From IMG/VR virus record IMGVR_UViG_3300037506_000184, positions 1 through 64,000 of that record: 64,000 bases of DNA; one strand, 5' to 3'. The notes under the pieces were generated by a model that saw only the letters and a program-made list of their open reading frames with translations, did no database searches and had not been told where the DNA came from. The position numbers and the translations under genes are program-made. Source of the stretch: a virus. Of this stretch, positions 40,645-49,352 are shown one piece after another (positions within the stretch are counted from its first letter, which is position 1; every line of letters starts with the position of its first letter).

Positions 40645-41580
40645 ATGCGTCTTGCGCTGATAAAACAAACTCTTGAGACAGCCTCGCCTCGACTAGTTGC
40701 CCACAAAGTACAGAGTTCCGCCGGAATGACCCGCATCTCCGGCGTGCAAGGCGCCATGCGCGCTGTTCGTGAAATTCAGCGAACCGGTGTGTTGCGTAAC
40801 GAGGTAGGGGGCGTTCTTGAAATACGCGCAGTGGCAGAGGCGGTGCAGCAAGATATCTCAGTGGAGAACGAGCTTGCGAACTCCTTCTCGCGAGCCCTTG
40901 GGACGTTGAAGGATCGAGCCGAATGTCTTGTCGCCGCCCTTCAGGACATCGCCCTACGGGAGGAACCCGAGAGCCTAATCGTACGCATACCAGATGAACT
41001 CGACATCAAGGACCTGGTGTCGCTGTTGCAGAAGATTGGTCTCGCCCTCGAGCAGTCACTTATCGGGTACACCGACGCCCAACTAAAAATCGGTCACTTC
41101 GACTACGGTTCAAATTGGATCGAGTTTTCCCTTCGTTCCTTGACTGCGATTACGATCATGAGCCGTCTCATTCTGCTAGTTGAGCAGGGAGACATTGCGG
41201 TCACGAAAGCCATGGCCCGACGGGTTCAGTTGCAGGAGTTGACTCAGGAAGCTCGCCTGGAGAAGGAGGTGGCTGAGCAACTCCTGGGGACATTTGACCG
41301 AAAGATACGGGACGAGCAGGAAGCCGCACTCTGTGAAATAGCCAATTTGGCCGGTGTTCCCGCCGAGCAACAACCCGACTACATCGTCAAGCTAAAACTC
41401 ACGATGAATGTACTCTCAGAATTGAAGCAGAAGGGTGTCGAACTTCATCCCTCACTGACGGCACCGACAGAGATAGTCGACGTCTTTTCATCGATTCGCG
41501 AGCTCATCCAGGAAGTCGCGCAGCTTCCAGGGACTGCAAGGCTGACCGACGGCCGCCAAGGGTCGGGAGAGGCCGATTGA
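40645..41580 (+). CDS. Orphan 311-aa all-helical protein in a low-GC patch
   Basis: The long ORF has good coding composition. By eye, many of its 60-nt lines are about 45-55% GC, clearly below the flanks. No motif recognised. Confidence 0.55.
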   Translation: MRLALIKQTLETASPRLVAHKVQSSAGMTRISGVQGAMRAVREIQRTGVLRNEVGGVLEIRAVAEAVQQDISVENELANSFSRALGTLKDRAECLVAALQDIALREEPESLIVRIPDELDIKDLVSLLQKIGLALEQSLIGYTDAQLKIGHFDYGSNWIEFSLRSLTAITIMSRLILLVEQGDIAVTKAMARRVQLQELTQEARLEKEVAEQLLGTFDRKIRDEQEAALCEIANLAGVPAEQQPDYIVKLKLTMNVLSELKQKGVELHPSLTAPTEIVDVFSSIRELIQEVAQLPGTARLTDGRQGSGEAD

Positions 41581-41592
41581 CGGCTAAGGAGA

Positions 41593-42387
41593 CTACGTCA
41601 CCACCCTCGCGCGCCTCAGTGTCTGATCCGTGAATAGCCGCCCAGCGTTGACGGTCCCGCCGGCCAGGACTCCCGCCGGCAGCGCGATCCGCTTCAGCGT
41701 TCCGCCGTTGACCGTGAACTGACCGGCGCCGAGCGTCGCGACAACTCCGTCGACGTCGACCCCATACGGGCCGTCGCACTTGAGAACGATGCCGCCGCCG
41801 GCGCCGTGCCCCGCATTGACGTCGCCCTCGGGCGCGCCGTGCGCGAGGATGATGCCCGACGACGGCACGAAGATCCGCGCGGCGGAGAAGAGCCGGATGA
41901 GACCGCCGCCGTCGCCTCCTGACGCACCGTCGGCCACGGTCGAGCCGCCGCCGCCTGATCCCTTCACACCGCTGTCGTCTGTCGTTGCGTCGCCCTGCCC
42001 TGCGGTCGCCAGATAGCCTCCGTCCTGCCCGGCCGCGCCGCCGAAGGGGCCCTCGCCGGCAACCTGCGCGACGCCGCCGCGATAGCCGACGCCGGAGGAG
42101 AGCAGCGCGCCGCCGATCTCGACGTCCTGGGCGTGGAGCTCGAGCGCGCCGAAGGTTGAGCCGTCGTAGTCGAGCACGGTCACGGTGACATCGGCGACGA
42201 TCTCGAATCGGCCGACGTTCAGATGAACGCCGGCGACGATCAAATCCTCGGCGATGATCCAGTCGGCGCCGCCGTGGTTCCCGCCGCCGGTCGGCGTCCA
42301 GGAGATCGCCTCGACGGGAACGGGCGGGGTCGTTTCGCCGTAGCGGTGGCCGGTGCCGTAGCGCGCGCCTGTGCCGTACTTGGCCAT
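41593..42387 (-). CDS. Glycine-rich beta-helix-like protein (tail-fibre-tip-like)
   Basis: GGGGSTVADGASGGDGGGLIRLF and GHGAGGGIVLKC segments resemble the Gly-rich C-terminus of the 561-aa fibre-like protein at 56758-58443. Confidence 0.55.
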   Translation of the reverse strand: MAKYGTGARYGTGHRYGETTPPVPVEAISWTPTGGGNHGGADWIIAEDLIVAGVHLNVGRFEIVADVTVTVLDYDGSTFGALELHAQDVEIGGALLSSGVGYRGGVAQVAGEGPFGGAAGQDGGYLATAGQGDATTDDSGVKGSGGGGSTVADGASGGDGGGLIRLFSAARIFVPSSGIILAHGAPEGDVNAGHGAGGGIVLKCDGPYGVDVDGVVATLGAGQFTVNGGTLKRIALPAGVLAGGTVNAGRLFTDQTLRRARVVT

Positions 42388-42390
42388 CCC

Positions 42391-42579
42391 CTACCGCACG
42401 TCGTATCCGGTCAGCCAGCCAGCCGCTGCGCCGATCACCAGAACCGCCGCGGCGCGCCACGGATGGCGTAACAGGGAGGCCAACAGACAGGCAGACCACC
42501 AGCGGCAGTCGAACGGGCGGGGCGGTCCCCCATCCAGTTGGAAGATCAGTCTCTTCATCGACTGGTACTGCTCAGCCAC
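42391..42579 (-). CDS. Small membrane protein, 62 aa
   Basis: ORF with two hydrophobic segments. Weak support. Confidence 0.35.
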   Translation of the reverse strand: MAEQYQSMKRLIFQLDGGPPRPFDCRWWSACLLASLLRHPWRAAAVLVIGAAAGWLTGYDVR

Positions 42580-42781
42580 GGCCGTGCTCCCGCATGCGTG
42601 CCAGTAGCTTCTCCACCTCGGCGCCGGAGTCCACCGGGGCGGGTCGGGGGCGGTGAATCATGACGATCTTCCCGTCCAGCGCAACGCGATCTGCCTCCCC
42701 GTTGCAGTCGCATCCCTCGGTGAACACCTCGCAGTCCTGCGGCATCTTCGCGAGCGCCTCGATCAGCTCTGAGACTTTCAT
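42572..42781 (-). CDS. Hypothetical 69-aa protein
   Basis: The start overlaps the upstream stop (MKVSELIEALAKMPQDCEVFTEGCDCNGE...). Confidence 0.45.
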   Translation of the reverse strand: MKVSELIEALAKMPQDCEVFTEGCDCNGEADRVALDGKIVMIHRPRPAPVDSGAEVEKLLARMREHGRG

Positions 42782-43812
42782 CCCCGCGACCGTTTCCAGG
42801 CCACAAACTCATCCCATTCCGCCTCGCCCACCAGCATCCCCTCGATCGCCTCGACGTTGCGCGCGTCGCCCTCGATGAACTCCAGCTCCGGGCCGTTCTT
42901 CTCGGCGTTCACGCGGACCGGCTCCGCGACCTTCTCGATGCGGAGGACGGTCCTCAATCCGCCATCCTCGTTGATGTGATTTCGCAGCACGAAGCCGCGC
43001 AGCTTCGGGATGCGTTCGCCGTTCAACTCGATAAATGCAGGGGTTCGCTCGGCGCCGAGGCGGATGCGGACGCGGGAGGGTTCGGTCAGGCGGTGCGTCT
43101 TGCCGATTGCCGCAACTTCGTCCTTGACGATCTGCGCGGCGCGCTCCCGGAGCCGGTCGCCGTAGCGCTCCATGACCTTGCCCAGGAATCCGGTCATGGG
43201 ACTCGCGGGCATACGCACGTCGACCGTGACGCCCTGGTCGGCGCCCGGGCGCGCTGAGTCGATCATTGGGGCGACCGACCCCGCACGCTTCGCTATGACA
43301 TGATCCTCGATCTCGCTAAAAGTTGGGAATGCCGGCGGCAACCCGAACACTCCGGCGTTGTCGAACTTGCGACGGCACCTGTTTGCATCCTCGTTGGCGG
43401 TCGTCACCTGCTCCCGCAGCGATCTGATGCGCGGGTCGGCGTTCTCGCGGCAGAGCAGAAGATGCGTTACGTGGTACTCGGTCATCTCCTTCGCTGGCTG
43501 TCCGGCGGAGAAAATGAACTTCGCGATCGAGAGGCATGGTGCAAACCCGAGAATTGATTCGCGCCATTCCGCACCCCCGCCCAACTTCAGCTCGGCGGCG
43601 TACACGACCGCCCCAGTCTCCCCGGCCGCGATCGGTACCGGGTAGGACTTCACCAGCGTGGCAAAGCCGATAGGCTGCGTATTCTGGTTTCCGGCAAGCA
43701 AAATCGGGACGATTTCACCGTGCGGGATTTTGACCAGCGTGGGATCGACCGCTAGCCCGTTGCGATCCGGCTTCCCATCGAGGATCTCGACCAGAACATC
43801 CTTGATCAACAT
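42778..43812 (-). CDS. Hypothetical 344-aa protein
   Basis: Long ORF with good composition, divergent from terL. No motif recognised. Confidence 0.5.
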   Translation of the reverse strand: MLIKDVLVEILDGKPDRNGLAVDPTLVKIPHGEIVPILLAGNQNTQPIGFATLVKSYPVPIAAGETGAVVYAAELKLGGGAEWRESILGFAPCLSIAKFIFSAGQPAKEMTEYHVTHLLLCRENADPRIRSLREQVTTANEDANRCRRKFDNAGVFGLPPAFPTFSEIEDHVIAKRAGSVAPMIDSARPGADQGVTVDVRMPASPMTGFLGKVMERYGDRLRERAAQIVKDEVAAIGKTHRLTEPSRVRIRLGAERTPAFIELNGERIPKLRGFVLRNHINEDGGLRTVLRIEKVAEPVRVNAEKNGPELEFIEGDARNVEAIEGMLVGEAEWDEFVAWKRSRG

Positions 43813-43829
43813 CGGCCCCGCCTCCTCGG

Positions 43830-45374
43830 TTGCCGCGAGTCTACACCAGCAAGCCCATGTGCTACAAGGCGCGCATGGCCACCGCGGCCGAAGCCGAGGC
43901 GCTCACCGAGGACCTCGACGAGCTGGTCAAGCACCTGACGCCCGAGGAGCGCGCCGAGCTGGACGGGCTCATGCTGTCGCTGCCCGTGAGCCTCCGGACG
44001 TTCGTTCGCGGCGCGTGGTCGATCATCGAGCCGGGGACGGAGATCACTTGGGGGTGGCATCTCGACGCCATCTGCGACCACCTGGAAGCGGTCACTCGTG
44101 GTGAAATCCGCGATCTTCTGATCTGCGTCCCGCCTCGATTCTCGAAGTCGACCGTGGCGTCGGTGTGCTGGCCGGCTTGGGCATGGACCATCAACCCTGC
44201 ATGGCGGTTCCTCTGCTCCAGCTACAGCTCAGATCTCTCCATGCTTCACGCCGTGGCATCGCGGCGCGTGATCGAGCATCCCTGGTTTCAGGCGCGATGG
44301 GGCCAGCAGTTTCGCCTCACCACCGACCAGAACGTAAAGATGAACTTCGAGAACGATCGGCGCGGCATGCGCATCTCGACATCGACCGGCGCCACGGTGA
44401 CCGGGCTGGGCGGTGACTTTTTGGCCTGCGATGATCCGCACAACATCATCAAGGTACAGAGCGACGCGATCCGCGAAGCCGACGTCCGCTGGTTCAAGAG
44501 CGCATGGACGACCCGGCGAAACGATCCGAAGAAGAGCGCGCGCGTCGTGATCCTCCAGCGTGCGCACGAAAAGGATGTCGCCGCCGAGTGCATCAGCCAA
44601 GGCTTCGCGCAGCTCGTGCTCGCCAACGAATACGACGGGCGAAAGTGGTCGAGTCCGGTGCTGAACCGCGACACGGGGAAGCCGTGGAAGGATCCGCGAA
44701 CGAAGAAGGGCGAGCTGCTCTGCCCTGCCCGCCTGGACGCGGCGGCAACGAAAGCGCTCAAGACGAAGGAGCTCGGAAGCTACGGATACGCCAGCCAATT
44801 TCAGCAGCAGCCGCAGCCCCCCGGCGGCGGCATCTTCAAGCGGAAGAACTGGCAGTATTACCGGATCGCCCCCGCCGACCTAGAGCTCATCATTCATTCC
44901 TGGGACATGAGCTTCAAGGACCTGGAGACGTCCGACTACGTCGTCGGTCAGGTCTGGGGGAAGCGGCGCGCCGATGCCTTCCTGCTCGATCAGGTGCGCG
45001 AGCAGATGGGAATCACCGCCAGCCTCGCCGCCGTGCGGGCGCTCCGCGCCAAGTGGCCGGCGACGTCGGGAATCTACGTCGAGGACAAGGCCAACGGCCC
45101 GGCGGTGATCGAGCTGCTGAAGCGCGAGATCCCCGGCATCGTCGCCGTCCAGGCCGAGATCTCGAAAGTCGCCCGTGCCCGCGCCGTCGAGCCGTTCCAG
45201 CAGTCGGGCAACGTCTTCCTGCCGTTCGAGGCCCCGTGGCTCGAGGACTATCTCGACGAGCTGGCCAAGTTCCCGCGCGGCCAGAACGACGACCAGGTCG
45301 ACGCGACGACGCAGGCGCTCAGGGTGCTCTTTCTCCGCGAGGCGGCAGTGGAGCAGAAGGCAAACCTTTGGTAG
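43830..45374 (+). CDS. terL: Terminase large subunit
   Basis: Motifs present: FVRGAWSIIEPGTEITWGWHLDAICDHLEAV, LLICVPPRFSKST, and the C-terminal nuclease-domain pattern ending FPRGQNDDQVDATTQAL. The start may instead be the ATG at 43875. Confidence 0.85.
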   Translation: MPRVYTSKPMCYKARMATAAEAEALTEDLDELVKHLTPEERAELDGLMLSLPVSLRTFVRGAWSIIEPGTEITWGWHLDAICDHLEAVTRGEIRDLLICVPPRFSKSTVASVCWPAWAWTINPAWRFLCSSYSSDLSMLHAVASRRVIEHPWFQARWGQQFRLTTDQNVKMNFENDRRGMRISTSTGATVTGLGGDFLACDDPHNIIKVQSDAIREADVRWFKSAWTTRRNDPKKSARVVILQRAHEKDVAAECISQGFAQLVLANEYDGRKWSSPVLNRDTGKPWKDPRTKKGELLCPARLDAAATKALKTKELGSYGYASQFQQQPQPPGGGIFKRKNWQYYRIAPADLELIIHSWDMSFKDLETSDYVVGQVWGKRRADAFLLDQVREQMGITASLAAVRALRAKWPATSGIYVEDKANGPAVIELLKREIPGIVAVQAEISKVARARAVEPFQQSGNVFLPFEAPWLEDYLDELAKFPRGQNDDQVDATTQALRVLFLREAAVEQKANLW

Positions 45375-45514
45375 TGTCCCTGGGGCCACTCACCCACGCA
45401 TGGCGGCGCCGCTGCTGCACCGTTTGGCTAGAACGGAAGCGGCGCCGCACCCGCCCCTAGTGCCGCAACCGTGCCGGGGTTATTCTGGCCTGCGCCCGTC
45501 GCCTTTGGTAGTGT
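45365..45514 (+). repeat. 13-bp direct repeat CCTTTGGTAGTGT (x2) flanking a structured 124-nt insert between terL and the portal gene
   Basis: Copies at 45365-45377 (includes the terL stop) and 45502-45514. Between them the palindromic GCGGCGCCGC occurs twice (45403, 45439) around CCGTT...AACGG, giving a compound hairpin of about 15 bp. Confidence 0.6.
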
Positions 45515-45546
45515 AAGCCCGGCCCCGAGGAAGAAAGGCGGCAGCA

Positions 45547-48225
45547 ATGCCGAGGGCTGCGGTGGCGAGGAAGGGGAAGCCGGGGGCGGTTTCTTCCGGT
45601 ACCCGTGCGCTCGCGAGAGCGGGGCAGGCATCAGGAAGAGGGTCGAAGCAGTCGAACGCGGCCCAGGCGGAACGAGTCATCTCGGGACTCTTCCCGGGCT
45701 GGATGCGCGAGCCTCCTGTGCGCGGCACGCTCGACCACCTGAAGGCCTACCTGACCATGCCGGTACTCCGCGCCGCGGTCTACCGGATCGCCTCGGCAGA
45801 GGCGTCGGTGATCTGGCACCTCTACGGGATCCGCGAGCCCGGGCGTGGTGGTCGGTTCATCCGCGACGTCAGGATCCAGCGCTCGAACAGCAAGGTCACA
45901 CGCTCCCACCTGATCGAGCAGGCGCGCGAGCGTTTCGACGTGACCGAGATCGTCGAACACCCGATGCTCGACCTTCTCTACAACGCCAACGACTTCATGA
46001 TCGGCTCCAACCTGCGCATGCTGACCGGGGCACACATCGAGCTCGCCGGCGAGAGCTTCTGGTTCTTGCAGTTCATGCCCGTGCAGATCGGTAGTCGAAC
46101 CTTCGAAGTGCCGACGCAGGCATGGCCGGTGCCGCCCAACTGGGTAAGCGACGTGCCCCGCGCCGGCAAGCCGAAGTTCGAAATCACCCACGATGGAATC
46201 AGCGAGCCGGTCGAAGCGAGCCAGATGATCTGGTTCCGCGACCCGAACCCCGTGAATCCGTACGGCCGCGGCTCCGGTTTCACGATGGCGCTCAGCCGCG
46301 ATCTCGACATCGAGCAATTCGGAGCGGACACGCAGATCCGCCGCTTCTATAACCGCGGCCGCCCGGATCTGTTGATCAGCGGGCCTGGGCTTGGTGGCCC
46401 CGAGAACACGAAGACGCTCGAGCGGAAGATGCGCCGCAAGGTCGGCGGCTTCATGGACGCGTTCAAGGCGTTCTTTCTCGGCGCCGAGGTCGAGGTCCAT
46501 CACCTGTCGGAGAGCCTGGCCGATCTGCAGCTCCTCGAGCTGCGGAAAGACGAGCGGGATGCCGTCCTGCAAACCTTCGGCATCTCGCCCGAGATCCTCG
46601 GAATCCTCTCGAACTCGAACCGGGCGACGATCGCCGAGGCCGAGCGCATCTTTGCCCGTTACGTCCTCGAGCCGCGCCTCGAGGTCATCCGCGAGACGCT
46701 GCAAGAGAGACTCGCTCCGCTCTACGACGATCGCCTGATCGTCGACTACGAGTCACCGGTCCCGCAGGACAAGGAGCACCAGTTGAACGCCATGAAGGCT
46801 GCGCCGTGGACAGCCGATGGCAACGAGTGGCGCAAGGTGCAGGGGCTTCCGCCAGACGACTCCTTGGCCGGGATCCGCATGGTGCCGATCAACCTAACGC
46901 CGGCGCGCTCGCTCGAGCCGGAGCCGCCTGCCGATCCGATGCCGCCGGCATTGCCGGCCCCGAACGATCCGGCCCCGGCAGACGGCGGCGGTGGCCCCGC
47001 CGTCGATGAGGGCAAGGGCGCGAGCCGCGCCGCCAAGGACGAGACCGTTCCCGTGAGCGGTCTCTGGCTCTCGATCAGCGGCATGAACGTCGACGTCTAC
47101 CTCGAGACCGAGGGCGCGTGGCGCTGGCCCATCCACGAGGAGGTCGTCCTCGAGGAGGGCGGTATCGGTCCAGTCTCTCACATCGTCGAGCCGGCCGGCA
47201 TCCTCGGCGCACCGGCGCTGCGCGGCAAGGTCCACCCGCTGAAGACCGGACGCGAGCCTTGGAAGAGCTGCGGCCACGTGGATCTCGGGCTCTGCACCCG
47301 CTGCAAGCTCGAGGTGCTCACGGCGGACGCGCACGAATGGGCAACCAAGCAGGGGGACGCCGAGGACCTACTCGTCCATCGCGTCGTCGATCGCCTCGAG
47401 CCGAGCACGCGTCAGGCGTTCATCCGCGCCATGATGGAAGTCCAGCTCGAGACTGATCTCGAACGGCTCCGCGCCATGCTGATTCAGCAGAACGTCCTCG
47501 GCGCCGAGGAAGTCGTCCCGTGGAAGGCGCTCGAGGCGCGGCTCCGCGACTTCGAGGAGGCGCACATCCGCCCCGGGCACCTGGCCGTGGCCGACGGTGC
47601 GGCCGACAACCTGAACGACCAGCTCGGGATCACGCTGCGCTTCGACCGGACAAACCCGCGCGCAGTGCAATGGGCGAGCAGCAACGCGGCGCGCCTGGTG
47701 ACCGAGGTTGCCGAACAGACGAAGCTCGCCATCCGCGAAACGATCGTCGACTCGTTCCGGAACCAGATCACGGCCGATGAGACGGCACGAAACCTCCGCT
47801 CGATGATCGGCATCCACAGCCGCCAGGCGGCGACGTTACGCAAGTTCCGGCTGAGTCTCGTCGAGCAGGGAATCACCGGCGAGGCGCTCGAAACGCGTGT
47901 CGCGAAAGTCGCTGCCGCGATGCTTCGCAAGCGCGCCACGCTGATCGCCCGCACGGAGCTGATCACGAGCTCCAACATGGGGCAGCAGCTTCTGTGGGAG
48001 CAGGGAATTCAGAAGAATCTGATCGACGACGACAGGGCGCGGAAGATCTGGATCACGACGCCAGACGACAGATTGGATTTTCTGGTCTGTGAACCCATGC
48101 CCACGATGCCCGAGAATCAAGACCTTCACGTCAACGAGGAGTTCACCACGGGCGAGGCCGAGAAGATCCTGCAGCCGACGGCTCACCCGGACTGTCGCTG
48201 CACGACCGGGCTCGTCTTCAAGTGA
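45547..48225 (+). CDS. Portal protein fused to a Mu F / SPP1 gp7-like head-morphogenesis domain
   Basis: The N-terminal ~430 aa are HK97-type portal-like (EHPMLDLLYNANDFM..., GESFWFL). A Pro-rich linker and a Cys-containing insert follow. The C-terminal MuF pattern ends LIARTELITSSN...PTAHPDCRCT. Confidence 0.85.
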   Translation: MPRAAVARKGKPGAVSSGTRALARAGQASGRGSKQSNAAQAERVISGLFPGWMREPPVRGTLDHLKAYLTMPVLRAAVYRIASAEASVIWHLYGIREPGRGGRFIRDVRIQRSNSKVTRSHLIEQARERFDVTEIVEHPMLDLLYNANDFMIGSNLRMLTGAHIELAGESFWFLQFMPVQIGSRTFEVPTQAWPVPPNWVSDVPRAGKPKFEITHDGISEPVEASQMIWFRDPNPVNPYGRGSGFTMALSRDLDIEQFGADTQIRRFYNRGRPDLLISGPGLGGPENTKTLERKMRRKVGGFMDAFKAFFLGAEVEVHHLSESLADLQLLELRKDERDAVLQTFGISPEILGILSNSNRATIAEAERIFARYVLEPRLEVIRETLQERLAPLYDDRLIVDYESPVPQDKEHQLNAMKAAPWTADGNEWRKVQGLPPDDSLAGIRMVPINLTPARSLEPEPPADPMPPALPAPNDPAPADGGGGPAVDEGKGASRAAKDETVPVSGLWLSISGMNVDVYLETEGAWRWPIHEEVVLEEGGIGPVSHIVEPAGILGAPALRGKVHPLKTGREPWKSCGHVDLGLCTRCKLEVLTADAHEWATKQGDAEDLLVHRVVDRLEPSTRQAFIRAMMEVQLETDLERLRAMLIQQNVLGAEEVVPWKALEARLRDFEEAHIRPGHLAVADGAADNLNDQLGITLRFDRTNPRAVQWASSNAARLVTEVAEQTKLAIRETIVDSFRNQITADETARNLRSMIGIHSRQAATLRKFRLSLVEQGITGEALETRVAKVAAAMLRKRATLIARTELITSSNMGQQLLWEQGIQKNLIDDDRARKIWITTPDDRLDFLVCEPMPTMPENQDLHVNEEFTTGEAEKILQPTAHPDCRCTTGLVFK

Positions 48226-48240
48226 GCCCTGGGAGCAGCG

Positions 48241-48284
48241 CCGGAGCGGCCAGGAAGGCTCCACACCAGTCTGGCCGTTTCCGG
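48241..48284. terminator. Imperfect hairpin in the convergent gap after the portal gene
   Basis: CCGGAgcGGCCAG-N17-CTGGCCgttTCCGG. No strong U-run. Confidence 0.3.
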
Positions 48285-48338
48285 CGCGACACTCGCGAGA
48301 GTGCAACCGTAGGACGCCGCCAGGCGCGTGTCGAGCGC

Positions 48339-48686
48339 TCAGGCGGCCTTCTTCTCTTCGGTCGTGGAGGCGTCCGCAGGCGCAGCTTCGCCGCTGGTCC
48401 CGTTGGTCGCGGCCGCGGTCTTCTCCTTGACCGCCTGCAGCGCACCGAGGGCCCCGCGCATGCGCTCGATCCCCATCGCGATCTCGCCGAGTTGGTTGTC
48501 GATCGCGGCGCGCGCCTGAAGGAGACGTTGCTGCTCCGCGCGTGCTCCGTCCAGCTCGGCGCGCCACCTGGTCTCGAGCTCGCCGATCACGTTCGTGACC
48601 GGGGGGGCGGCGACGGCTTCTTCCGAATGCTCGCCGTTCTGCGATCGGTCTTGGCCCTGATCCACCATCCTCGGGTCTCCCTTCAT
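48339..48686 (-). CDS. Coiled-coil 115-aa protein, last gene of the two-component block
   Basis: ORF with heptad-like ELETRWRAELDGARAEQQRLLQARAAIDNQL. Confidence 0.45.
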   Translation of the reverse strand: MKGDPRMVDQGQDRSQNGEHSEEAVAAPPVTNVIGELETRWRAELDGARAEQQRLLQARAAIDNQLGEIAMGIERMRGALGALQAVKEKTAAATNGTSGEAAPADASTTEEKKAA

Positions 48687-48750
48687 CCCAAGATCTGGAC
48701 TCGTAATTGACTTATCACATCAGTCCGCCAGAAGCCCGGCCACGGCGTGA

Positions 48751-49305
48751 TCAGACGGGAGGCGCAACGAGCGCACCCACCTTCGCAGCGATCCCGGCCA
48801 CGTCGAACGGCTTGGAGATCACCTCGACAGCGCCGCAACCGATCGCATCCCGTACGTTTTGGGGGTCCGCATGCCCGGTCAGCACGAGTACGCGAACACC
48901 GCGGCGCGTCAGCTCGCGGACCAGCGGCAGACCGTCGAGGCCGGCTCCGATGCGTAGATCGACGATCGCGACGTTGATGACGATGTTTCGCGCGAACCAC
49001 CTGGCCCGCTCCACCGTCTCGGCGGCGAGGTAGCTGCACGAGCTGCCCCAATAGTGCTCGGCGACCTGACGCAGCGACTCGCGCACGCCGAATTCATCGT
49101 CGACGATCAGCAAGGTAAATCGACGGCGGGTCAGCGTTGCTGTCGAATCGTGGCCGTTGCCGCGATCGTGACCGTTGGCGCCTGATTGACGCCCGACTTC
49201 CCCCCCTGCTACTGCCCCGCCAGCCATCGCCAGACCTCCGTTGTCTGGTGTGGTCAGGGTGGCCGTCGCGGGCTGTACTCCGCGGCGGCTGCCCGTCCGC
49301 CTCAC
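48751..49305 (-). CDS. Stand-alone response-regulator receiver protein
   Basis: LLIVDDEFGVRESL, the phospho-acceptor VAIVDLRI, VLVLTGHAD and VISKPFD. An alternative start lies at 49227. Confidence 0.75.
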   Translation of the reverse strand: MRRTGSRRGVQPATATLTTPDNGGLAMAGGAVAGGEVGRQSGANGHDRGNGHDSTATLTRRRFTLLIVDDEFGVRESLRQVAEHYWGSSCSYLAAETVERARWFARNIVINVAIVDLRIGAGLDGLPLVRELTRRGVRVLVLTGHADPQNVRDAIGCGAVEVISKPFDVAGIAAKVGALVAPPV

Positions 49306-49352
49306 ATCTCGTTATGGTGGCTACCACGCTACTGTGTGAGTATCAACCGGAA

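Noticed and set aside
41504-42499. 331-aa Arg-rich minus-strand ORF
   Set aside because: It is an alternative frame of the Gly-rich gene (GGN codons read as Arg/Ala). The Gly-rich frame resembles the fibre-like protein at 56758-58443.
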